A DNA stretch of 64,000 nt from Bacteroidota bacterium (GTDB taxonomy: Bacteria; Bacteroidota; Bacteroidia; Bacteroidales; VadinHA17). The stretch's first letter is position 1. Every line of letters begins with the position of its first letter. This document shows, piece by piece, positions 50,737-58,104 of the stretch. Position numbers and translations under genes: made by a program. The DNA is taken from the NCBI GenBank assembly GCA_011050615.1, contig DRFJ01000053.1, positions 16,029 to 80,028 on the forward strand. Direction: 5' to 3'. Under the pieces are notes generated by a model that searched no databases, had not been told where the DNA came from, and was given only the letters and a program-made list of their open reading frames with translations.

Positions 50737-51777
50737 TTATTTACCTCCGGCCCCGGCTCTTATCCTGATTAGAGTTATTTCCGGTGACATGCCAATGCGT
50801 GCGGGGACACCTATGGTGCCCAGTCCCCGGTTTACATAAAGAAAATTATTGTTACCGCCGTAAAGTCCGTTCCAGGCAGGGTACAGGAGGCTTGCCGGGC
50901 TAACTTGAAATCCAGGCAGCACTATTCCTATCTGCATTCCATGTGTATGCCCGGACAAGGTCAGTTCAATATCATCCTTATACTGAATCTCACGCAACCA
51001 GTGATTGGGATCATGGGTCAGTAAAATATTGAAATCAGCACTGTCGGTGCCCTTCAGGGCACCTTCCGTATCACCGTAATAAAGATCAGGAACCATGCCA
51101 TATGTGACTATCCCTGTAAGCGAAACTGTCAGGCTATCAATACTTATAAGGATGCTGGTGTCGTTTAGACAGGTATGATAAGAATGTTCCAGCATCTTCC
51201 TGATGATGTCAAGGTGTTCATCACAATTCTCACGGTTGTAAGCATTGCTGTAAAGACCTGTATCATGATTTCCCGGAATGGCATAAACTCCATATCTTGC
51301 CTGCAATGATCCAAGAATGCCTGTAAATGGTTCCATTTCGTTCCAGAGACAGGTGACAAAGTCACCGGTATTGACTATAATATCGGGTTTATAGGAATTA
51401 ATACTGTCAAAGACCTGTACTAATTTATCCTGGTGCCTGATGAAGCTCTTAAGGTGGAGGTCTGAGATCTGGGCAATAGTAAGTCCGTCGAGCGTGGCAG
51501 GCAGCCCATCATATTCTATTTCCACAATTTTGTATTTAAAATTAAACCTCCCGTGGAAGACGCCAATCAGGATGGTAATTACAAACAGGCTAATCAGGCC
51601 GGCAAAAACCCACCATATTACATGATGCCCTTTATTTCTTTTTCTCTTGCTCAGTGGTCTTTGTTTAATAAATTTTGTTTGAAGGGATAAAGATACTTTT
51701 TTCGCTCGGTAGTGTGGAAGCTTATGATTATCTTTTGCAAAAAAACAGATGCCAGTATGTTGAAAGTGGATTTTCAT
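50737..51777 (-). CDS. membrane-anchored metallophosphoesterase (YaeI-like)
   Basis: TM segment VIWWVFAGLISLFVITILIGVF. Calcineurin-like motifs SDLHL, GDF, GNHD and GHTH. The start is uncertain (ATG at 51777, 51897 or 51906). Confidence 0.7.
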   Translation of the reverse strand: MKIHFQHTGICFFAKDNHKLPHYRAKKVSLSLQTKFIKQRPLSKRKRNKGHHVIWWVFAGLISLFVITILIGVFHGRFNFKYKIVEIEYDGLPATLDGLTIAQISDLHLKSFIRHQDKLVQVFDSINSYKPDIIVNTGDFVTCLWNEMEPFTGILGSLQARYGVYAIPGNHDTGLYSNAYNRENCDEHLDIIRKMLEHSYHTCLNDTSILISIDSLTVSLTGIVTYGMVPDLYYGDTEGALKGTDSADFNILLTHDPNHWLREIQYKDDIELTLSGHTHGMQIGIVLPGFQVSPASLLYPAWNGLYGGNNNFLYVNRGLGTIGVPARIGMSPEITLIRIRAGAGGK

Positions 51778-52197
51778 TCTCCGGACTTTCTTCCGGCTTA
51801 TGGTCTTACCTTTGTAATAATAGGAGCCAGGCACAAAAATAACTGGATTTTCATAAGGAATAAACGCAGAAAGGCATATGAGCTTCCGGCAGGTCATATC
51901 AATCATTCCGAGGATGCTGATGATGCAGCCAGAAGGGAGTTGGAGGAAGAAACCGGGGCCTTGAAATATACTATTGAGTGTATTGCAACTTATACAGTCA
52001 GTGAAGAGGGCAGGGACAGGGCCGGAAGATTATATTATGCAGTGGTAGGGGTAATGGGGGGGGAAGTTGATGATAATGAAGTTGATGAAGTACTGTTATG
52101 CGGATCATTGCCTCAAAAATTAAGTTTTCCCTGTGTTCAGGCTGTTTTGTTTGCTTATCTTGAAAAATATCATGCCTGTCAAATAAATTCAAGGTAG
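51757..52197 (+). CDS. NUDIX hydrolase
   Basis: NUDIX box GHINHSEDADDAARRELEEETG. Start taken at MLKVDF. The ORF opens at 51712. Confidence 0.7.
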   Translation: MLKVDFHSPDFLPAYGLTFVIIGARHKNNWIFIRNKRRKAYELPAGHINHSEDADDAARRELEEETGALKYTIECIATYTVSEEGRDRAGRLYYAVVGVMGGEVDDNEVDEVLLCGSLPQKLSFPCVQAVLFAYLEKYHACQINSR

Positions 52198-53360
52198 ACT
52201 TCCTTTAGCCAGTTTTCTTCCAGCAGGGAAGCTAACTTCTTCACGACATTACGCCTTATTTCAAGACCAACCGGAAGGCTTGGATCCTGATGTGCAATAT
52301 TGATCCTAGTGCCAATAATGAACATGATCTCATCCGATTCCATAAAAAGCCTTACTATTTTATCAGCCGGTCCCTTACCAGGTTTGTATTTTTTATAATT
52401 CCCGAGAATTTCGGCTACTTTTTGAAGGCTTAATATACCTTCGGTAACAAGGTCAATTCCTTTAATAAAACTTTCAGGCGGCAGTTCGGGATCTTCAAAA
52501 ACCATGTTGTCAGTTATTTCCTTCCCTGTTTCCCTTGCGATTATATCTGCTGTAGTACCACCACTAATAATTACCTTTCCAGGAAAATCCATAACCTTTG
52601 ATGCAAGCAGCCTGTCATTGTCCTTCTCATAAGGAGGACCTGTACACAGCAGCAGCTTCCTGGGTTCCCTGAAATATATTCCGGCGCAACTTGTATCGTC
52701 CCTGGACCTGTATCCATCGTTCTTATGAGCCATGGTAACGATTTTTGCAGCCAGCTTTCCTGCTGATATTGTTGGTTCAGATGATATTATCATTCTCGAA
52801 TAACTTATTAAATTTTCCCTGCCCCATCCGGAAGGATAGCTTTCACTGCCCAGTCCGCTCTGTAAAACCCCGTCGGTGCATGATATTATCCTGTCCTCCT
52901 TCCCGGCAGTGAAAGAGCATGTTACAAGCTGCCTGCCGGCATGCCTGCCCTCAGTAAGCTCTACTTTCTCCCAGGAGGGCTCATATATTTCAGTGCCCCT
53001 GATTACAATGCACGGAGGATTGTCGAACTCGAGAATTGTAACTCTTCTGTCAATTTCAATATCAATTATGGTAAAAGTGGCATAACTTATCTTTCTCTCG
53101 GAACATATTGGCAGGGTGTTCATTATTATTGATGCAATCTTTTCCACCTCCTTGTGTTCACGAGTAAAATTTAATGCCATGGTTGCGCTCAGCGTTGCAA
53201 GAATATTTGCTTTTACGCCATGACCCATACCGTCAGAAAGTACGGCAATAATCCTTCCTTCCTCCCTGATTCTTTTTGAAAGAAAGACGTCACCGCAAAT
53301 CTTCTCTTCATAATGACTTCTCTGCTGACAGTCTACTTCTATGTGAAACTCCTTGTTCAC
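52179..53360 (-). CDS. SpoIIE/PP2C-type Ser/Thr phosphatase with an uncharacterised C-terminal domain
   Basis: 393 aa. N-terminal CGDVF...AVLSDGMGHGVKA and a later CTDGV are metal-binding PP2C/SpoIIE motifs. The C-terminal ~190 aa (GGTTADIIARETG...) matches no family I recognise. The gene lies 8 nt downstream of the PAS-type HydS-like gene. Confidence 0.7.
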   Translation of the reverse strand: MNKEFHIEVDCQQRSHYEEKICGDVFLSKRIREEGRIIAVLSDGMGHGVKANILATLSATMALNFTREHKEVEKIASIIMNTLPICSERKISYATFTIIDIEIDRRVTILEFDNPPCIVIRGTEIYEPSWEKVELTEGRHAGRQLVTCSFTAGKEDRIISCTDGVLQSGLGSESYPSGWGRENLISYSRMIISSEPTISAGKLAAKIVTMAHKNDGYRSRDDTSCAGIYFREPRKLLLCTGPPYEKDNDRLLASKVMDFPGKVIISGGTTADIIARETGKEITDNMVFEDPELPPESFIKGIDLVTEGILSLQKVAEILGNYKKYKPGKGPADKIVRLFMESDEIMFIIGTRINIAHQDPSLPVGLEIRRNVVKKLASLLEENWLKEVYLEFI

Positions 53361-53368
53361 AGGCCTTT

Positions 53369-55246
53369 TTATAAATTTTTAGTCTTATTCCCTTCCTTGT
53401 TTTCTCTGTATGATTCCAGTATTGAGTTAAGCATTTTTTCAGTCTCTGAAGCTCCTTCTCCGAGGAGGAAGCCTATTTTCTGGACCATATCAAGATTCTT
53501 TTCAATCACATCATTAATCCGTGTAATTATTTCTTCCCTCTGAACCTCAGGTGAAAACATATCACGTATTACAGCTCCGGCTATCTTGCTTTTGCTTATC
53601 GGGAAAACTGAAATATTAAGCATCTTTTCATTGAATCTTATATCCCTGTTAATAACGGATTCATTCTGCCTCAAGGCAAAGGTAAACATGTTATAAACAT
53701 TGAAGGGCAGTAATGATTTAAGATCAGCACCCTTTAACCCGGGTATGATTTCTGAAATATTTACGGCATCTTCTCCGGCAATATTTATAAAAGAGTTATT
53801 GGAATGAATTACCTTCAGGTTTTCGTCGACTATTACCACTGCCGAGGGCAGTTTCTCAAGCATTGAATTAACCGTTTTTGACGCTTCCTGGGTCAGCTCT
53901 TTCTCCCTGTGTGCAAGAGCTTCCGATTCCCGGAGGGCTTTTTGAGTCTCTGATAATTTTTTGTTTGTTATTCTCAGTTTTTCAATATACTCCTGTTTGT
54001 TTCTGATATTATATTTGTGACACATCTCGGGGATTGTTAGCCCCATGGCCACCGTCACTGCAAAATCACGGCACGATTCGTAGCCGCATGCCCTGCAGTT
54101 GTCTTCAATCAGCTTACCTGTTCTTCCTATTATACTGAGTACTTCATTAATGGCCGATTCAGGGGGTTCAGGTATTCTCTGATCATCTGCCCTGAATTTT
54201 CTTGAATAATCAAGCACACTCCACTTCTTCATATCCTTTTCCCATTGCTCCCTGTCCAGTTCCTTAAGCCTTTTATCAGTGTAGAGTCTGACCAGGTTAC
54301 GCCTCCTGTACCTTTCGCTGTGGTGATCCATTCCGGGACCCAGCAGGCAGCCCTGGCAAAAGAAAAGGTTGAAATGATGCTTTATGGTATCAATGTGACC
54401 GTGGAAATCCTTAAGAGCCTCGCTTGTGTCGTCTTTTCCGGATGCAGTAATAATGCCACTTTCCATAACGTCACGTTCTATTCCTGCGGCATATATTATT
54501 CCTGAAGGTATTGGAAATAAAGCGCCATAATTGCCATATGGAGGATCGAAATCAGAAAACTTGACTTTCTTTTCTTCTATCCCTGCTTCTTCGAAAAGCT
54601 TCCTCAGTTCAATAAAGGTGAGAACGGAATCAATTGCACTCTTGCCCTTCTCTCTCAGTGCTTCATCCTTGCTGTCGATACAGGGCCCAAGGTGGATAAC
54701 ATTGGCATCTTTTCCGTATATCTCTTTTACTATCATCCCGGTGGCTGTCATGGGAGATACAAGAGGGGCAAGATTTGAAACGAGCCCGGGATAGTATTTC
54801 TCTATCATCTTTACAATGACAGGGCAATTTGACGTGATAAAATACTTGCCCTGAGATGATTCGAACAAGTCACGGTAGCGTGCAGCAATTATATCAACCC
54901 CGAAAGAAACTTCGTGCACATGGTCAAAGCCCAGTTGTCTTACCATTGCAACAAGTTTCCTGTAATCGGTTATATCATCAAACTCTGAGGCTATGCTGGG
55001 GGCAACCAGTGCTATGTTTTTTCTTCCGTTCCCGAGTAATCTGAGCGTTTCTTCCGTTGAATCCCTGAATCTGATAGCCTTCGCCGGGCAGGCTATAAAA
55101 CATAGTCCGCAGCCAATACACCTTTCAGAAATAACAGCAGGATGTTGATTGCCTGCCTTTACCTCAATGGCCTTTGCCGGACAAACCCTGATACAACTGT
55201 ATGAATCGGTGCATTTATCCTGGTCAATGTACATGATTGGCTCCAT
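53369..55246 (-). CDS. hydS: sensory-type [FeFe]-hydrogenase homolog with C-terminal PAS domain (HydS/HfsB-like)
   Basis: 625 aa. N-terminal 2x[4Fe-4S] ferredoxin motifs (C..C..CIRVCP, CIGCGLCFIACP). H-domain with variant motifs ITSNCP (N140-C141), GPCIDSKDE and FFCQGCLLGPG. An extra CRACGYESC cluster motif is followed by a PAS-like region (LPSAVVIVDENLKVIHSNNSF...). Confidence 0.75.
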   Translation of the reverse strand: MEPIMYIDQDKCTDSYSCIRVCPAKAIEVKAGNQHPAVISERCIGCGLCFIACPAKAIRFRDSTEETLRLLGNGRKNIALVAPSIASEFDDITDYRKLVAMVRQLGFDHVHEVSFGVDIIAARYRDLFESSQGKYFITSNCPVIVKMIEKYYPGLVSNLAPLVSPMTATGMIVKEIYGKDANVIHLGPCIDSKDEALREKGKSAIDSVLTFIELRKLFEEAGIEEKKVKFSDFDPPYGNYGALFPIPSGIIYAAGIERDVMESGIITASGKDDTSEALKDFHGHIDTIKHHFNLFFCQGCLLGPGMDHHSERYRRRNLVRLYTDKRLKELDREQWEKDMKKWSVLDYSRKFRADDQRIPEPPESAINEVLSIIGRTGKLIEDNCRACGYESCRDFAVTVAMGLTIPEMCHKYNIRNKQEYIEKLRITNKKLSETQKALRESEALAHREKELTQEASKTVNSMLEKLPSAVVIVDENLKVIHSNNSFINIAGEDAVNISEIIPGLKGADLKSLLPFNVYNMFTFALRQNESVINRDIRFNEKMLNISVFPISKSKIAGAVIRDMFSPEVQREEIITRINDVIEKNLDMVQKIGFLLGEGASETEKMLNSILESYRENKEGNKTKNL

Positions 55247-55600
55247 AGTGGCTTGTTTAATTATTTGTTAATATCGAGCTTATCCTTAAGTAACTCTTCG
55301 ATATTGACCCTTTTATATCCCCGCCTATTTCATCGTTAAATGAAATTCTGGCCCTTTTTGGCAATTATCAGGGCATATCCTTATTTCATCATGGCTTTTC
55401 AATTTTATTGTTTATTTCATAACATTTCAAATTTAATCAATTAATTAATACAGATTTTAAAAAATAGAATTCCTTTTAAAGATATATTATGATACATTTT
55501 CATATAGTGTTCACATAATGAAATTTTGCATCCGGAAAGTCATAAGAATGTTAAACAATAGATTAACAGATAAATAATATTGGATTATAAGATTATTCAA

Positions 55601-55620
55601 AGTGTTAATAAAATAACACT
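55601..55620. promoter_or_regulatory. inverted repeat AGTGTTA-N6-TAACACT in the hydS/hydC divergent intergenic region (candidate operator)
   Basis: Perfect 7-bp arms. The TGT...ACA cores are spaced as in the canonical Rex operator TTGTGAAnnnnTTCACAA. 9 of the 14 specified positions match. Confidence 0.3.
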
Positions 55621-55642
55621 GTTTATTGTGTAACAATATTTA

Positions 55643-55659
55643 TATTGTTTATATTTGTA
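55643..55659 (+). promoter_or_regulatory. promoter-like 17-mer TATTGTTTATATTTGTA containing a Bacteroidota -7 box (TAtaTTTG) upstream of hydC
   Basis: It matches the TAnnTTTG consensus and lies 27 nt before the ATG at 55684. The identical 17-mer recurs upstream of rex at 63332-63348. Confidence 0.45.
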
Positions 55660-55683
55660 ATGCACGAATATTTCCATCTGAAA

Positions 55684-56157
55684 ATGGATAAAAAAGCAAG
55701 AAATACTTCAGGTAAATATAAAATTTCCGGCCGGAACGACCTGATACCTTTGTTACAGGAAATTCAGGCAGAAAAGGGATTTATTTCGCAGGAATCAATT
55801 AAGGAACTTGGCGAACTTCTAGGAATAAGTACTACAAGGATATACGGCGTGGCCAGTTTTTATGACGGTTTTCTTTTTTCACCAAAGGCCAGGGTGCATA
55901 TTCGTATCTGTAACGGATCAGGCTGCTATGTGAACAGGACTTTTAGCATTGTCGATGTTATGGCGGAAGAGCTTAAGATCAGACCGGGTGATAAATCAGC
56001 TGACGGCAGGTTCAGCATTGAGATGGTGGATTGTATGGGGGCATGTCATCTTGGACCCCTGATAGCTGTTAATGACAAATATTATACAATTGGTTCAGAA
56101 AGAGAACTGAGACAAATACTCGGGAGGATAAAGAAGGATGAGCAGGCTGGCATATAA
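55684..56157 (+). CDS. hydC: NuoE/HydC-type [2Fe-2S] subunit of a multimeric [FeFe]-hydrogenase
   Basis: Thioredoxin-like [2Fe-2S] ligands CNGSGC and CMGAC. Start taken at MDKKARN, because the -7 box at 55650-55657 lies inside the longer ORF that opens at 55645. Confidence 0.8.
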   Translation: MDKKARNTSGKYKISGRNDLIPLLQEIQAEKGFISQESIKELGELLGISTTRIYGVASFYDGFLFSPKARVHIRICNGSGCYVNRTFSIVDVMAEELKIRPGDKSADGRFSIEMVDCMGACHLGPLIAVNDKYYTIGSERELRQILGRIKKDEQAGI

Positions 56158-58099
56158 ATATAATGAGGGAGATAACAGGAGCTTCCTTATAGAAGAGGTA
56201 CTTGCTAATCGCTCCGATACTGTAAGCAGTGATGTGCAGACCGTCCTGGATAAAATTAGCAGGATCAATTCAGATATCCCTGTTATTTCAGTGTCATTCA
56301 ACAGCGGAAGTATTATTTCCGGTGCTGGTAAAACTTATGAAGCTGTTATGCAATATCTCCTTGACTATGACGTGCAGGCAGGCATTATGAAAGGTGGATG
56401 GTCTGGTGCTACCAATTTTGACCCTGTGGTAACGATCAGGCTGCCGGGTAAAAATAACTTGTTTTTCAGGAATATATATCCTGAGAAGGTTGAGAGCCTG
56501 CTGAACGGAGTGCTGCATTATGAAATCCCAACTGATGATTTCCTGGGCCAGGAGGGAACTAATAAGTTCAGAGAATGGCCCGGACTGAGCTACCTTTCCG
56601 ATCATCCCTTTATGAAGTTTCAGAAGAGATGGCTGCTGAACGAGGGTGAGTCATATGAACCTGCTGATATTGAATTATATATTGCGAACGGAGGATATAA
56701 GACACTGGTGAAAACGCTGGGTAGTTACACTATTGAAGAGGTATGTGACATTATTGAAAAAAGCGGTTTAAGGGGCAGAAGCGGAAGTGGCTTTCCCACG
56801 GGTAGAAAATGGAAATATGCCCTGGCTTCAGATTCTGAAATAAAATACCTTGTCTGCAATGCCCGTGAGAGCGATCCGGGTGCTTTTACCGATAAGATGC
56901 TGATAGAAGGGCAGCCACACAAACTGCTGGAAGGCATAGCAATAGCATCCTATGCCATGGGGGCGTCAAAGGCTTTTATTTATATACAAAACGGTGCTGA
57001 TTATACAATCTCAGTGTTAAAGGAATCCATAAAACAGGCATATGATTACGGCCTTCTGGGATATAATATATTCGACAGCGGATTCGGCCTGGATATAGAA
57101 TTAAGGATCGATCCCGGAGCGTTTGTATGCGGTGAAGAAACAGCCCTGATAGGCAGCCTTGAAGGAAGAAGGGGTATGCCACAGGTGAAACCCCCCTTCC
57201 CTTCCTCCTCGGGACTGAATAACTGTCCAACCGTTATCAATAACGTGGAGACCCTGATGAATGTACCTCTTATTATGAAAAACGGGCCTGAATGGTTCAG
57301 CGCGGCAGGAACTCCTGGCAGTAAGGGAACAAAGGTATTCTACCTCTCAGGTAAATCAGCTCTAAAGGGTATTATTGAGGTAGAGATGGGTACCTCCCTA
57401 AGGTCAGTGATAGAGTATACTGGTGAGGGCGTTGCAGGAGGCAAGGGCCTGAAAGCGCTGCTGATAGGAGGGATGTCAGGCTATCTCCTCCCCGAAAGAA
57501 AGCTTGATATTGCCATTGATTATGAAGAATTGAAGAAGGCTGGAGCAGGAATGGGGTCGGGCGGACTCGTTGTAATTGATGAGAATACCTGCCTTATTGA
57601 TCTTTCAAGATACCAGATGGAATATATGCAGAACCAGAGTTGTGGGAAATGTATACCCTGCCGTGAGGGTACATCACGAATGTTTGAAATATTATCAGGT
57701 GTGGTTAAAAAACCACCTGTTGAATCGTCAATGACAACCCTTGAGAGGTTTAAGGGTGTAATGCAGCTTGAAAATATCGCAAGTGTAATGAAGGAAACCT
57801 CCCTTTGTGGACTGGGCCAGAATGCACCCAACTTCTTTCTTTCTGTCCTTGCTGATTTCAGGGATGAACTGGAAGAACATATTTTTGACCGCCGTTGCAG
57901 GGCAAATCGCTGTCATGGCCTTCGTACCTTTGTTATCGATGTTGATAAATGCACCGGATGTACCCTGTGTGCTGATAAATGTCCGGTAAATGCCATTTAT
58001 GGGACCCGGTTGCAGCCTTTTTTTATTGTGGAGGAAAAGTGTACGGGTTGTGGCATATGCTATGATGTATGCAAGTTTGATGCGGTTTCAGTAAAGTAA
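56138..58099 (+). CDS. hydB: NuoF/HydB-type flavoprotein subunit (NAD(P)H/FMN, Fe-S) of a multimeric [FeFe]-hydrogenase
   Basis: 653 aa. GRSGSGFPTGRKW (FMN), CNARESDPGAF (NADH), CGEETALIGSLEG, SCGKCIPCREG ([4Fe-4S]), and C-terminal 2x[4Fe-4S] motifs CTGCTLCADKCP and CTGCGICYDVC. 20-nt overlap with hydC. Confidence 0.85.
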   Translation: MSRLAYKYNEGDNRSFLIEEVLANRSDTVSSDVQTVLDKISRINSDIPVISVSFNSGSIISGAGKTYEAVMQYLLDYDVQAGIMKGGWSGATNFDPVVTIRLPGKNNLFFRNIYPEKVESLLNGVLHYEIPTDDFLGQEGTNKFREWPGLSYLSDHPFMKFQKRWLLNEGESYEPADIELYIANGGYKTLVKTLGSYTIEEVCDIIEKSGLRGRSGSGFPTGRKWKYALASDSEIKYLVCNARESDPGAFTDKMLIEGQPHKLLEGIAIASYAMGASKAFIYIQNGADYTISVLKESIKQAYDYGLLGYNIFDSGFGLDIELRIDPGAFVCGEETALIGSLEGRRGMPQVKPPFPSSSGLNNCPTVINNVETLMNVPLIMKNGPEWFSAAGTPGSKGTKVFYLSGKSALKGIIEVEMGTSLRSVIEYTGEGVAGGKGLKALLIGGMSGYLLPERKLDIAIDYEELKKAGAGMGSGGLVVIDENTCLIDLSRYQMEYMQNQSCGKCIPCREGTSRMFEILSGVVKKPPVESSMTTLERFKGVMQLENIASVMKETSLCGLGQNAPNFFLSVLADFRDELEEHIFDRRCRANRCHGLRTFVIDVDKCTGCTLCADKCPVNAIYGTRLQPFFIVEEKCTGCGICYDVCKFDAVSVK

Positions 58100-58104
58100 T
58101 TATT

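Noticed and set aside
55507-55520. TTCACA / TGTGAA Rex-like half-site in the hydS-hydC intergenic region
   Set aside because: Only one half-site matches. The partner arm matches the consensus at 3 of 7 positions, which is not enough for a dimeric operator.
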